60,404 nucleotides of DNA, taken from positions 1-60,404 of the IMG/VR virus record IMGVR_UViG_3300032144_000011. The stretch is one strand, 5' to 3'. Numbering within the stretch: position 1 is the first letter of the stretch; each line of letters opens with the position of its first letter. The notes under the pieces were generated by a model. That model was not told the origin of the DNA, searched no databases, and was given only the letters and a program-made list of their open reading frames with translations. This DNA comes from a virus. This document shows, piece after piece, positions 7,728-17,225 of this stretch. Both the position numbers and the translations under genes were made by a program.

Positions 7728-8602
7728 TGGCCCGCGAGAGCGCGCCCCCCAAGCGGCCGGCGCTGCGCTGGCATGGCGGCAAGTGGCGGCTGGCGCCGTG
7801 GATCCTCGGCCATTTCCCGAAGCACCGGGTCTATGTCGAGCCGTTCGGCGGCGGTGCCTCGGTGCTGCTGCGCAAGCCGCGGTCGCACGGCGAGATCTAC
7901 AACGATCTCGACGAGTGTGTGGTCAACCTGTTTTCGGTAATTCGAGATCCGGCCAGCGCCGCGCGGCTGGTCGAGCTGCTGCGCTTGACGCCCTTTGCGC
8001 GCCGCGAGTTCGAGCGCGCCTACGAAGTTTCCGACGACCCTGTCGAGGAAGCGCGCCGGCTGCTAGTCCGGTCCTACATGGGGTTCGGCTCCGATGCACC
8101 AAACCGCAATCTCCGCACCGGCTTCCGGTCGAACAGCAACCGCAGCAACACCCTCCCGGCGCATGATTGGGCAAATTACCCCGACTCCCTGAGGGCGATT
8201 TCCGAGCGCTTTCGGGCCGTGGTCGTCGAATGCCGTGACGGAACCGAAATCATGGCGCAGCACGACAGTCCAGCCACTCTGCACTACGTCGACCCGCCCT
8301 ATATGCCGGCAACGCGATCGCCGAAGGCGCGGCGAGGCAAGGAGCGCTATCACGCCTACGCCCATGAGATGACGGTCGAAGACCACGTGCGGCTGCTCGA
8401 TGCGCTACGCGGTCTCGACGGCATGGTCATCCTGAGCGGCTACCCGTCCGCAACTTACGACGCGGCATTGGCCGGTTGGGCGCGGCGGGAGAAGGTTGCC
8501 CTGGCCGACGGCGCGCAGCCGCGGATCGAATGCCTGTGGCTCAACCCGGCCTGCGTCGAGGCGTTGGGACATGGGCCGCTGTTCGCGGAGGTTGCCGGCT
8601 GA
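7727..8602 (+). CDS. Dam-type (D12 class) N6-adenine DNA methyltransferase
   Basis: Track ORF 7724..8602. EPFGGGASV (AdoMet motif) and LHYVDPPY (catalytic DPPY) are present. Confidence 0.85.
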   Translation: MARESAPPKRPALRWHGGKWRLAPWILGHFPKHRVYVEPFGGGASVLLRKPRSHGEIYNDLDECVVNLFSVIRDPASAARLVELLRLTPFARREFERAYEVSDDPVEEARRLLVRSYMGFGSDAPNRNLRTGFRSNSNRSNTLPAHDWANYPDSLRAISERFRAVVVECRDGTEIMAQHDSPATLHYVDPPYMPATRSPKARRGKERYHAYAHEMTVEDHVRLLDALRGLDGMVILSGYPSATYDAALAGWARREKVALADGAQPRIECLWLNPACVEALGHGPLFAEVAG

Positions 8603-8952
8603 TGTTCTGGTACCTCGCCACGCCCTATTCCAGATACGCCGACGGCCTCGACGCCGCCTTCGCGGAGGCGGCGCGCCAGGCGGCGCTTCTCGTCCGGGCC
8701 GGCATCCCCGTCTACTCGCCGATCGCGCACACCCATCCGGTTGCGATCCACGGCGGCCTCGACCCGCTCGACCATAGCATCTGGCTCCCGGCCGATCAGG
8801 CCTTCATGGACGCTGCGCGCGGGCTCGTCGTCTGCATGATGCCGGGCTGGGACGAGAGCTACGGCATCGCCGTCGAGATCGAGACCTTCGAGCGCGCCGC
8901 CAAGCCGGTGATCTACATGGCCCCGGGCTGCGTGCCGGAAGGGCTGGTCTGA
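8602..8952 (+). CDS. DUF1937-like protein (nucleoside 2-deoxyribosyltransferase-like fold)
   Basis: Tail of track ORF 8476..8952 from ATG 8602. MFWYLATPYS...IPVYSPIAHTHP...GWDESYGIAVEIETFERAAKPV follows the DUF1937 pattern as I recall it. Confidence 0.65.
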   Translation: MFWYLATPYSRYADGLDAAFAEAARQAALLVRAGIPVYSPIAHTHPVAIHGGLDPLDHSIWLPADQAFMDAARGLVVCMMPGWDESYGIAVEIETFERAAKPVIYMAPGCVPEGLV

Positions 8953-9560
8953 TGGCGCGCCCGCTGCCCGCCGGCCCGTTCGGCGTCATCCATGCCGACC
9001 CGCCCTGGCGCTACCATGCCTTCTCCACCAAGGGCGAGAAGCGCAGCGCCAAGCGGCATTACCCGGTGATGACGCTCGACGACATCTGCGCGCTGCCGGT
9101 GCGGGACGCGGCGGCGAAGGATTGCCACCTGTTCCTCTGGACCACCGGGCCGAACCTGTTCCAGTCGCAGCGCGTCATCGGCGACTGGGGCTTCCGCTTC
9201 AGCGCCATGGCCTTCGTCTGGATCAAGCTGAGGCCGGGCGCCGACCGGCTGTTCCTGGTGCCGTCGCGGGCGCTGTCCGGCAAGGGCGGCGACTTCCACA
9301 TCGGCATGGGCCACACGACGCGCAAGAACGCGGAATTCTGCCTGCTCGGCCGGCGCGGCAGCCCGAAGCGGATAAGCAAGGGCATCTTCGAGCTGATCTT
9401 CGCGCCCGTCCGCGAGCACAGCCGCAAGCCGGACGAGATCTACGAGCGCATCGAGGCCTATGCCGGCGGCCCCTATCTCGACCTGTTCAGCCGCCAGACC
9501 CGGCCGGGCTGGACCGCCTGGGGCGACGAGGCCGGGAAGTTCGACGGAGTGGCCGCATGA
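8952..9560 (+). CDS. MT-A70-family N6-adenine methyltransferase
   Basis: Track ORF. GVIHADPPWRY (DPPW motif), ...HSRKPDEIYERIE, ...LDLFSR...GWTAWGDE. Confidence 0.85.
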   Translation: MARPLPAGPFGVIHADPPWRYHAFSTKGEKRSAKRHYPVMTLDDICALPVRDAAAKDCHLFLWTTGPNLFQSQRVIGDWGFRFSAMAFVWIKLRPGADRLFLVPSRALSGKGGDFHIGMGHTTRKNAEFCLLGRRGSPKRISKGIFELIFAPVREHSRKPDEIYERIEAYAGGPYLDLFSRQTRPGWTAWGDEAGKFDGVAA

Positions 9561-9775
9561 CCCGACCGACCGAGAAGAAGCTGCCGCCCATGCCCTACGG
9601 CTACGCCACCACGGCGCAGCCGGGCGACTACCACGGGAATGGCCACGTCTACATCGTCGACGCCAACGACCGCAAGATCGCCGCCCTGTGGGGCAAGCCG
9701 GACGAGAAGATGGCGCTCGCCGACCTGATCATCCGCGCCTCCGGCGGCGAGGGCGTGACGGACCCGCGCGCATGA
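9557..9775 (+). CDS. Hypothetical protein (72 aa)
   Basis: Tail of track ORF 9122..9775 from ATG 9557 (ATGA overlap). Confidence 0.55.
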   Translation: MTRPTEKKLPPMPYGYATTAQPGDYHGNGHVYIVDANDRKIAALWGKPDEKMALADLIIRASGGEGVTDPRA

Positions 9776-11544
9776 CCCTGCCGGCCGGCATCCCTCCCGA
9801 AGCCTTCGACCAGCACAGCGCCATCGTCGGCCGCACCGGGTCGGGCAAGACCTACCGCGCCAAGACGGTGGTCGAGCGGCTGATCGAGGAGCGGCGCCGG
9901 GTGTGCATCGTCGACCCGACCGGCGCCTGGTGGGGGCTACGCTCCTCGGCTGACGGCAAGCGCGCCGGCTATCCGGTCATTGTCTTAGGCGGCGAGCACG
10001 GCGACATCCCGATCACCGAGCACGCGGCCCAGCCGCTGGCCGAGCTGATCGCGGCGGGCAACGTGCCCTGCGTCGTCGACCTGTCGGAGTTCATGGTCGG
10101 CCAGCGCCACCGCTTCATGGAGGTCTTCGCCGACAACCTCTACCGCCGCAACCGGCTGCCGCTGCACCTGGTGATCGACGAGGCGGACGATTTCGCGCCG
10201 CAGAACCCGCTGCCGGAGAGCCGGCGCATGCTCGAGCGCGTCGACCGCATCGTCCGCCGCGGCCGCATCCGCGGCTTCCGGGTGATGATGATCACCCAGC
10301 GGCCCGCCGCGCTGCACAAGAACATCCTGACCCAGGCGTCGACCCTGGTCGCGATGCGGCTGATGGGCCCGCAGGACCGCAAGGCGATCGAGGCGTGGAT
10401 CAAGGACCAGGCCGACCCGGACGCCGGCCGGGCGGTGATCGCCAGCCTGCCGACCCTCCGCCTCGGCGAGGGCTGGACCTGGGCGCCCGAGCTCGGCGTG
10501 CTGGAGAAGTCGGTCTCGCCGAAGCTCCGGACCTACGACTCCTCGGCCTCGCCGGAAGACGGCGGAGACACCGTTGCCCCGGTCGCGCTGGCCGAGGTCG
10601 ACCTGTCGGCCATCCACGCCCGGTTCGCCGCCTTCGAGGCGGAGGCCAAGGCCAACGACCCGGCGGCGCTCAAGGCGCGGATCAAGGCGCTGGAGAAGGA
10701 GGTCGCGCTGGCGAAGCGCCAGCCGGCCGCGAGCGCGCCGGACCCGGTGGCGATCGATCGGGCGCGCCAGGACGGTATGCGGGCGATGCGCTCTACATTG
10801 AAAGTCGCAATCGGGGACGCATTGAAATCTGCCCGGCAGGACATCATCGACGCCGCCTCGAACGCTATAGCGGCTGTCTCGCGGCGAATTGCCGACGCCG
10901 ATCTAGGGGAGATCCTGCTGCCCGGAGTGACACCGCATCACGTCGTCTATGAAATGGGGCGGCAAGCATTCGCAGCGGAATATGACAGAAGGAGCGCGGC
11001 GGCCACGGCGAGCGGCGATGGCACCGCCGGCGCGCCTGCCGTAGACGGCGGAGTGCCGCCGCGCCACCAGCGCGTGCTCGACGCCATCGCCTGGTACGGC
11101 GCGCTCGGCATACTGAAGCCGACGCGCGGACAGGTCGCCTTCATGGCCGGTAAATCGCCGAAGGGCGGCAGCTTCAACAACGACCTCGGGCGCCTGCGGG
11201 CGCAGAGGCTGATCGACTACCCGGACTTCGGCACCGTCTCGCTGACGGCCGAGGGCAGCGCCCTGGCGAATCATCCCGGCGAAGCGGGCTCCGACGCCGA
11301 TCTCCATCGCCGGGTTTACGAGGCCCTGCCGCCGCGGCTGGTCGCCATCCTGCAGGAGCTGGTCGACGCCTGGCCCGGCAACCGCAGCCGCAACGAAGTC
11401 GCGGCGGCGATCGGCAAGGCCGCCAGCGGCGGCAGCTTCAACAACGATATGGGGCGGCTGCATTCGCTGGGCCTGATCCGCTACCCGACGCAAGGATACG
11501 CGGCGGCGGACGATAGCCTATTTCCCAACCAGGAAAGGACCTGA
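9772..11544 (+). CDS. P-loop NTPase (HerA/FtsK/DUF87-like) with two C-terminal winged-helix-like repeats
   Basis: Track ORF 9460..11544 trimmed to ATG 9772. Walker [10 protein letters not shown] and Walker [13 protein letters not shown]-terminal duplicated segment GGSFNND(L/M)GRL...L(I)(D/R)YP. Confidence 0.8.
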   Translation: MTLPAGIPPEAFDQHSAIVGRTGSGKTYRAKTVVERLIEERRRVCIVDPTGAWWGLRSSADGKRAGYPVIVLGGEHGDIPITEHAAQPLAELIAAGNVPCVVDLSEFMVGQRHRFMEVFADNLYRRNRLPLHLVIDEADDFAPQNPLPESRRMLERVDRIVRRGRIRGFRVMMITQRPAALHKNILTQASTLVAMRLMGPQDRKAIEAWIKDQADPDAGRAVIASLPTLRLGEGWTWAPELGVLEKSVSPKLRTYDSSASPEDGGDTVAPVALAEVDLSAIHARFAAFEAEAKANDPAALKARIKALEKEVALAKRQPAASAPDPVAIDRARQDGMRAMRSTLKVAIGDALKSARQDIIDAASNAIAAVSRRIADADLGEILLPGVTPHHVVYEMGRQAFAAEYDRRSAAATASGDGTAGAPAVDGGVPPRHQRVLDAIAWYGALGILKPTRGQVAFMAGKSPKGGSFNNDLGRLRAQRLIDYPDFGTVSLTAEGSALANHPGEAGSDADLHRRVYEALPPRLVAILQELVDAWPGNRSRNEVAAAIGKAASGGSFNNDMGRLHSLGLIRYPTQGYAAADDSLFPNQERT

Positions 11545-11546
11545 CC

Positions 11547-12095
11547 ATGCCAGACGTAGGCGGTGTCGCCGGCGAGCGGCTGCGCAGCTTCATCCAGCGC
11601 ATCGAGCGGCTCGAGGAGGAGAAGAAGACCATCGGCGACGATATCCGCGAGATCTTCGCCGAGGCGAAGTCGGCCGGCTTCGATCCCAAGATCATGCGCC
11701 AGGTCATCCGGCTGCGGAAGATGGAGACGGCCGACCGGCAGGAGCAGGAGGCGCTGCTGGAGACCTACCTCGCCGCGCTCGGCATGACCGACATCGAGGC
11801 GGCAATCGTCGACCGCGGCGGGCGGCGGGGCGGTTTCAGCCCGCCGGGCAGCCCGGACGATGAGGGCGCGTCGCAGGAGGCCCCGGCGGCCGATGACGAT
11901 GACGCCACGCCCGTGCCGAAGGGCGAAGGCGGCTTCAAGCGCGCCGTCGCGAAAGAGCTGCACCGCACCATGGCGAGCATGGGCACGCCGGCCGAGCTGA
12001 CCGAGGAGGAGAGGGCCAAGGGCATAAAGGCCGCCTTCATTCAGAAAGACGGCACCCGCATGACCATCGCGCATGGGGTCAGCGTCGATGGGTGA
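11547..12095 (+). CDS. GapR-like (DUF2312) nucleoid-associated protein with a long C-terminal extension
   Basis: Track [51 protein letters not shown]...[11 protein letters not shown] closely follows Caulobacter GapR. An acidic linker and extra domain follow. Confidence 0.8.
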   Translation: MPDVGGVAGERLRSFIQRIERLEEEKKTIGDDIREIFAEAKSAGFDPKIMRQVIRLRKMETADRQEQEALLETYLAALGMTDIEAAIVDRGGRRGGFSPPGSPDDEGASQEAPAADDDDATPVPKGEGGFKRAVAKELHRTMASMGTPAELTEEERAKGIKAAFIQKDGTRMTIAHGVSVDG

Positions 12096-12318
12096 GTACC
12101 TGGAAAACCTGCATGACGTCACGGATGCATTCGACACGATACGCAACGACGCGGACGAAATGGAGCGCTTGACGAGTTCGCGTTCCTATGATGTCGCGCC
12201 GGTCCCGACCTGCCAGGCCATCCTGGCCTTGATCGCGCACTGCCGCAAGCAGACCGACCGCGTCGAGGCGGCGACGTCGCGCACGCTTGCTAGGAACCCG
12301 GAGCCGACCGATGCCTGA
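12088..12318 (+). CDS. Hypothetical protein (76 aa)
   Basis: Track ORF 12073..12318. ATG 12088 overlaps the upstream gene end. Confidence 0.55.
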   Translation: MGEYLENLHDVTDAFDTIRNDADEMERLTSSRSYDVAPVPTCQAILALIAHCRKQTDRVEAATSRTLARNPEPTDA

Positions 12319-12802
12319 GCCGATCAAGGGCGATGGGCGCTGCCCGAAATGCGCCAGCCGCAAGACCGCGCGCGCGGAACAGCCGGTCACCGCGTTCTAT
12401 AGCCGGACGCTCGAAGTCTGCGGCAATTGCGGCGCCGCCTGGGAGCCGATCGACCGGACGCTGATCTGGGACCCGGACGACCCTTACTGCTCCTTCAGCA
12501 AGCCCTGCGACAACTGCGCATTCCGGCCGGGCTCCGCCGAACAGCAGGATGTCGAGAAGTGGAAAGAAACCATTGCCTCGCTCAAGGCCGGCGGGCAGTT
12601 CTTTTGCCATAAGGGCGTGCCGCTCGACCTGACTCCGGAGGGTGACGGCTTTGCCTATCCGCGCGATGCCAAGGGGGACGTCATCGTGCGCAAGATGCGG
12701 CTCTGCCGCGGTTATCTCAACATGCTGAAACGCCTGTGGGACCGCGAGGCGAAGTCCGGCAGCGAGACCGCGATCCTCGCGGAGGAGACAGCGCGTGGGT
12801 GA
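12311..12802 (+). CDS. Cys-rich (multi zinc-finger-like) protein (163 aa)
   Basis: Track ORF 12287..12802 trimmed to ATG 12311. Motifs CPKC...CGNC...C...CDNC. Confidence 0.65.
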   Translation: MPEPIKGDGRCPKCASRKTARAEQPVTAFYSRTLEVCGNCGAAWEPIDRTLIWDPDDPYCSFSKPCDNCAFRPGSAEQQDVEKWKETIASLKAGGQFFCHKGVPLDLTPEGDGFAYPRDAKGDVIVRKMRLCRGYLNMLKRLWDREAKSGSETAILAEETARG

Positions 12803-13901
12803 CCGCACAGGAATCGAATGGACCGACGCCACCTGGACGCCGATCCGGGCCCGCCGGTTCGACCCCGCCAAGGGCAAGGTCCGCATCGGCCATCATTGCG
12901 AGCATGTCTCGGAGGCCTGCCGGAACTGCTACGCCGAGGGTATCAACCGCCGGCTCGGCACGGGCCTCGACTACAAGCCGGGGTACCACGATTCCGGCGC
13001 GGTCGAGGTTTTCCTCGACGAGGATATGCTGACCCGGCCGCTGCGCTGGAAAAAGCCGCGGATGATCTTCGTCTGCTCGATGACCGATTTGTTCGCCCGC
13101 TTCGTCACCGACGAGATGATCGACAAGGTCTTTGCCGTCATGGCGCTGTGCCCGCAGCACACCTTCCAGGTGCTGACGAAGCGGCCGGAGCGGATGCGGG
13201 CGTACTTCCGGGGGCTCGACGAGCGCTGCTTCCACCAAAACGACTACCTGACGACCCCGTGGGCGAGGCGGGATAGCGTCGCCAAGATGATAGGCGAGAT
13301 CGCGCTTTCGGTCGGCAAGCCTGACTTGTTGGGCAAAGTTAAACAGCTACCCCTCCCCAACGTCTGGCTCGGCACCAGCGTCGAGGATCAGGCGACCGCC
13401 GACGAGCGGATTCCCGAACTGCTCGCCACGCCGGCGGCGGTGCGATTCGTCAGCGCGGAACCGCTGCTGGGGCCGGTCGATCTGTACAACGGCGATCCCG
13501 ACCCGCGCCTCAACGGGCATCGCGCCAGCAAAACCTTCATCGGCGAGTGGTGGGAGCCAGGCGATGGATCAAAAGCGCCTCCTCGTCGCGGCGTTGATTG
13601 GGTCATCGCCGGCGGAGAGTCCGGCCCATCCGCCCGGCCCTGCCATCCCGATTGGGCGCGCTCGCTCCGCGACCAGTGCGCCGCTGCTGGCGTGCCGTTC
13701 TTCTGGAAACAGTGGGGGGAGTTCGCGCCGTTCGACGCGCCGACAACGCCTTACGCCAAGGTCATTGCCGAGATCCAGATCGACGGCACCGAGCGCTGCA
13801 CGAACTTCGGCACGCCCCAGGGAGCGCTCATGTCCCGCGTCGGCAAGAAGGCCGCCGGCGCGCTCCTGGACGGGAAAGAGCACCGGGAGTTTCCCGCCTG
13901 A
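12795..13901 (+). CDS. Phage Gp37/Gp68-family protein (DUF5131)
   Basis: Track ORF. N-terminal TGIEWTDATWTPI...GHHCEHVSEACRNCYAE and MIFVCSMTDLF are hallmark DUF5131 motifs. Confidence 0.85.
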   Translation: MGDRTGIEWTDATWTPIRARRFDPAKGKVRIGHHCEHVSEACRNCYAEGINRRLGTGLDYKPGYHDSGAVEVFLDEDMLTRPLRWKKPRMIFVCSMTDLFARFVTDEMIDKVFAVMALCPQHTFQVLTKRPERMRAYFRGLDERCFHQNDYLTTPWARRDSVAKMIGEIALSVGKPDLLGKVKQLPLPNVWLGTSVEDQATADERIPELLATPAAVRFVSAEPLLGPVDLYNGDPDPRLNGHRASKTFIGEWWEPGDGSKAPPRRGVDWVIAGGESGPSARPCHPDWARSLRDQCAAAGVPFFWKQWGEFAPFDAPTTPYAKVIAEIQIDGTERCTNFGTPQGALMSRVGKKAAGALLDGKEHREFPA

Positions 13902-14272
13902 TGGCCCAGATCTCGGTCAAGATATCCGACGGTCTCCGCGCCCACCTCGAGGAGGCGCGCGAGGCCAGCGGCCGGCGGCTCGGCGCCGAGATCGAGGCGC
14001 GGCTGCGGGAATCGCTGGGCGCCGTCTCGTCCGACAACCTGCTGCTGCTGCGGCTCGACGCCGGGCTGATGGCGCACCTCCGCGCGCTGGCGGCGGTCGG
14101 CTACTTCGGGCCGGTCGAGGAGACGGCGGTCTACCTGATCCGCAGCGAGATCATCCGTTTCATGAGCAGCGAGGTCTGGCACCGCGACATCTGCCGGCAC
14201 CTGCCGGAGCCGATCCGGTCGGCCTGCGAGCGGATGCCGATTCACAACCGCAACCGCGTGGCGAAGGGCTGA
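13901..14272 (+). CDS. Hypothetical protein, ribbon-helix-helix-like N-terminus (123 aa)
   Basis: Tail of track ORF 13598..14272 from ATG 13901, which overlaps the upstream TGA. MAQISVKISDGLRAHLEEAREASGR... Confidence 0.6.
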   Translation: MAQISVKISDGLRAHLEEAREASGRRLGAEIEARLRESLGAVSSDNLLLLRLDAGLMAHLRALAAVGYFGPVEETAVYLIRSEIIRFMSSEVWHRDICRHLPEPIRSACERMPIHNRNRVAKG

Positions 14273-14276
14273 GTCT

Positions 14277-14636
14277 ATGGACCCGGTCTTCACCAGCCTC
14301 GTCCTGGAGCGCCTCCGCTCGGTGCGCGCCGACCTCTCGGACGAGAAGCGCGCCCAGGCCGGCATCGCGGCCGCGTTGGCGTCGCTCGGCGCGCCGGTCG
14401 AGCGCGAGGTCCGGCTGGCCCCGGGCGACGTCATCGACATCCTGGTCGGGCCGCTCGGCATCGAGGTCAAGCTGAAGGGCGCGCGCAAGGTTGCGGTCTG
14501 GAAGCAGCTCGAGCGCTACGCGCGGCACGAGCGCATCGGCGGGCTGATCCTGGCGTCGAACCTCGCCATGGGGCTGCCCGACGCCGTCGGCGGCAAGCCG
14601 CTCTGGTTCGTGCCGCTGGGGCGGGCATGGCTGTGA
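14277..14636 (+). CDS. Small PD-(D/E)XK-like nuclease-fold protein (119 aa)
   Basis: Track ORF. GDVIDILVGPLGIEVKLKG resembles a D...E.K nuclease core. Lies immediately upstream of the SNF2 helicase. Confidence 0.55.
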   Translation: MDPVFTSLVLERLRSVRADLSDEKRAQAGIAAALASLGAPVEREVRLAPGDVIDILVGPLGIEVKLKGARKVAVWKQLERYARHERIGGLILASNLAMGLPDAVGGKPLWFVPLGRAWL

Positions 14637-16363
14637 CGCCGATCCGCACATATGGCGCGCTGCGCCGGCTGCCCGACGGCCGCTGGGGGCTGGAGGCGAT
14701 CGAGCCGCACGTCTCGATCCGGCTGAAGCATATGTTCCCGGTGATTCCGAAGACGGCCGTGCCGCCCTACGTCCTGCCGGCGACCGACATCGTCGCCGCC
14801 GACCTCGAATGGTTCATGCAGCGCTACCCGCTGCGCGTCTCGGCCGGGGACTTGGCGGCGCTGAGCGGCGGGCGGATGCGCTTCGACGCAGGCCTCGCCG
14901 AGCGCGAGCGCATCCTGCGCCCGGACTACACGGCGCCGGCGCGACCCGGCTTCCGCGACGGCAAGGCGCTGCGAGCGTACCAGGCGCAGGCGGTCGAGAT
15001 CCTGGCCTCGCGCGGGTCGCTGCTCTGCGGCGACGAGGTCGGGCTCGGCAAGACCATCGTCGCCGCCGGCGCCATGATGCTGCCGGGCGCGCTGCCCGCG
15101 GCAGTCGTGGTCGAGCCGCACGTCCAGCGGCAATGGGCCGAGAAGCTGCGCGAGTTCACCCGCCTGCAGGTCCACCTGATCACCGACACGCGGGCGCGCA
15201 GCCTGCCAGCGGCGGACGTCTATCTCTGGCGCTACAGCAACCTCGCCGCCTGGACCAACGTCCTGGGCGAGCTCGGGCTCGGGCTGGTCGCCTGGGACGA
15301 GATCCAGAAACTGCGCAAGGGCACGGAGAGCCAGATGGGCTGCGCCTCGGCGCTGCTGCGGGACGCCGCCCGCTACCGCCTCGGGCTGACGGCGACGCCG
15401 ATCTACAACTACGGCCGGGAAATCTGGCACGTGCTCGGTTTCATCGACCCGGCGGTCCTCGGGAACTACGGCGACTTCGCCCGCGAATGGGCACCGACCG
15501 GCCATGTCCGCGACCCCAGGGCGCTCGGCACCTTCCTCCGCGAGCAGCACGCCTTCATCCGCCGCACCCGGCGCGAGGTCGGGCGCGAGCTGCCGCCGGT
15601 CAACCGCATCGTCGAGACCATCGACTACGACGACGCGACGGTGCAGTCGATCGAGGACATGGCCCGCAAGCTGGCGATCAAGGCGACGACCTCCTCGTTC
15701 GAGGAGCGCGGCCAGGCGGCGCGCGAGCTGGACGTCATGGTGCGGCACGCCACCGGCGTCGCCAAGGCGAAGCACGTCGCCCAGTATGTCCGCATCCTGC
15801 TCGAGGCGGGCGAGGCGGTGATGCTCGTCGGCTGGCACCGCGACGTCTACGACATCTGGCTGCGCGAGCTCGCCGATCACAAACCGGTGATGTACACGGG
15901 CAGCGAAACGGCCGCCGCGAAGGAGCGCGGCAAGCGGGCGGTGCTAACCGGCGAAAGCAACCTGCTGATCCTCTCGCTGCGCTCGGGCGCCGGGCTCGAC
16001 GGACTGCAGGAGCGCTTCGACCTCGTCGTCTTCGGCGAGCTGGACTGGAGCCCGGGCATCCACCATCAGGTGATCGGCCGACTCGACCGCGACCGCGACG
16101 GCGGCCAGCGCCAGGTCACGGCGGTCTTCCTGGTGACCGAGGAAGGTTCCGACCCGCCGATGATGGACGTGCTCGGTCTCAAGGCCAGCGAGCAGGCGCA
16201 GATCGTCGACCCCGCGCTCGGCGTCCAGCAGACCCACAGCGACGGCAGCGCGATCCGCCGGCTGGTCGAGCGTTACCTCGACAAGCGCGGCAAGAAGGCG
16301 GCCGCCGCGGCTGCGGCGCCCGCGCCGCCGCCCCCACCGGAGCGGCAGGAGAGCTTTTTGTGA
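14627..16363 (+). CDS. SNF2-family DEAD/H helicase
   Basis: Track ORF of 578 aa. LRAYQAQAV, DEVGLGKT (motif I), WDEIQKLR (motif II), LTATP (motif III), C-terminal helicase domain. Confidence 0.9.
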   Translation: MAVTPIRTYGALRRLPDGRWGLEAIEPHVSIRLKHMFPVIPKTAVPPYVLPATDIVAADLEWFMQRYPLRVSAGDLAALSGGRMRFDAGLAERERILRPDYTAPARPGFRDGKALRAYQAQAVEILASRGSLLCGDEVGLGKTIVAAGAMMLPGALPAAVVVEPHVQRQWAEKLREFTRLQVHLITDTRARSLPAADVYLWRYSNLAAWTNVLGELGLGLVAWDEIQKLRKGTESQMGCASALLRDAARYRLGLTATPIYNYGREIWHVLGFIDPAVLGNYGDFAREWAPTGHVRDPRALGTFLREQHAFIRRTRREVGRELPPVNRIVETIDYDDATVQSIEDMARKLAIKATTSSFEERGQAARELDVMVRHATGVAKAKHVAQYVRILLEAGEAVMLVGWHRDVYDIWLRELADHKPVMYTGSETAAAKERGKRAVLTGESNLLILSLRSGAGLDGLQERFDLVVFGELDWSPGIHHQVIGRLDRDRDGGQRQVTAVFLVTEEGSDPPMMDVLGLKASEQAQIVDPALGVQQTHSDGSAIRRLVERYLDKRGKKAAAAAAAPAPPPPPERQESFL

Positions 16364-16374
16364 CGGAGGAATCG

Positions 16375-16626
16375 ATGAAACTAGGGAACCGGATTGCGCA
16401 AGCGACCATCGATCTGATCTGGGTCGTATTATTTAGCATGACGGTAGGGCTTTTGGGCTATGGCGTGATGGCTGCAGTCGCCTTGATCGTCATGTGGGGC
16501 GCCCCGATCGGCGAGGGATACTGGCAATTCGCCCGCGGCGCCGGCGCGTTCAGCGCTCTCCTGATGTTGGGCATGGGGATGACCTGGTGGGCAGACCGCA
16601 TTAATCGCAGGGCCGGCGAGGAGTGA
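16375..16626 (+). CDS. Small membrane protein (83 aa)
   Basis: ATG 16375 behind GGAGGA, in the frame of track ORF 14809..16626. Three hydrophobic segments. Confidence 0.6.
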   Translation: MKLGNRIAQATIDLIWVVLFSMTVGLLGYGVMAAVALIVMWGAPIGEGYWQFARGAGAFSALLMLGMGMTWWADRINRRAGEE

Positions 16627-17051
16627 AGGAGGAAGCGCACCGCGCGGCCTGCTTCGTCGAGGTCCAGGACGACCGCGGCCGCATCATCATGTACGCCAAG
16701 GGCGAAGCCGTCTCGATCGTGGTGATGAAGGTGCGGGCGCGCGCCGTCGGCACGGCGCTGGTCAGCGGACACCTGGACAGGAGCAGGTGTTTCGTCACCT
16801 CGGAAGCCGGGGAGTTCCTGGGCGAGGGCCTGGCGGCCGCCGAGCCGGTCTTTGCGACCGAGGGCGAGACCATCACGATGAACATCGTCATCGAGCCGCA
16901 GATCCGCCAGCAATCGATGCCGAAGCGCCCGCGGGAGCGCGCGCCGTTTTCGCTCTGTGCCCTATATGTGCCCAAATGGGTGATTCGGCGACTCGGGCGG
17001 GTAGTTAAGTTGTTGATTTATTGGCGCGCCCGAGAGGACTCGAACCCCTAA
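16623..17051 (+). CDS. Hypothetical protein (142 aa, GTG start) whose 3' end runs into the att core
   Basis: Track ORF. GTGA overlap with the upstream gene. The last ~10 codons lie inside the tRNA-derived segment, so the C-terminus would change on integration. Confidence 0.5.
   Translation: MKEEAHRAACFVEVQDDRGRIIMYAKGEAVSIVVMKVRARAVGTALVSGHLDRSRCFVTSEAGEFLGEGLAAAEPVFATEGETITMNIVIEPQIRQQSMPKRPRERAPFSLCALYVPKWVIRRLGRVVKLLIYWRAREDSNP
16956..16976 (+). repeat. attP arm-type repeat, copy 1 (TGTGCCCTATATGTGCCCAAA)
   Basis: 21-mer repeated with 1 mismatch at 17185-17205, on the other side of the tRNA-derived core. Internally TGTGCCC x2 with 11-bp phasing. Confidence 0.6.
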
Positions 17052-17072
17052 CCTTCTGATCCGTAGTCGGAG
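17022..17072 (-). other. attP core: 3' fragment of tRNA-Arg(ACG), anticodon arm to CCA end; not a complete tRNA
   Basis: Minus strand reads CTCCGACTACGGATCAGAAGGTTAGGGGTTCGAGTCCTCTCGGGCGCGCCA: loop CTACGGA (anticodon ACG), T-arm AGGGGTTCGAGTCCTCT, acceptor 3' strand plus CCA. No matching 5' acceptor or D-arm upstream. Confidence 0.75.
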
Positions 17073-17184
17073 GAAGGCTTTGTCCATGTCTGTCTATCGA
17101 TGTCATTTACGGCGAAAATCGCCGGGTTTCTGCGGTTTCTGTTGCATTCCGGGCAATCGAGTAGCACCCTCGTTGTCCGGCATT

Positions 17185-17205
17185 TGTGCCCTATGTGTGC
17201 CCAAA
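17185..17205 (+). repeat. attP arm-type repeat, copy 2 (TGTGCCCTATGTGTGCCCAAA)
   Basis: Direct repeat of 16956-16976. A tandem GGTTTCTG(C/T) pair at 17125-17142 lies between the core and this copy. Confidence 0.6.
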
Positions 17206-17225
17206 AATCGGAGATCTGATAGGAA

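Noticed and set aside
17022-17100. A complete tRNA gene on the minus strand.
   Set aside because: The acceptor 3' strand CGGGCGC has no complementary GCGCCCG 5' strand, and no D-arm lies in the ~30 nt upstream. One mismatch already appears in the anticodon stem. I interpret it as a tRNA-derived att core.
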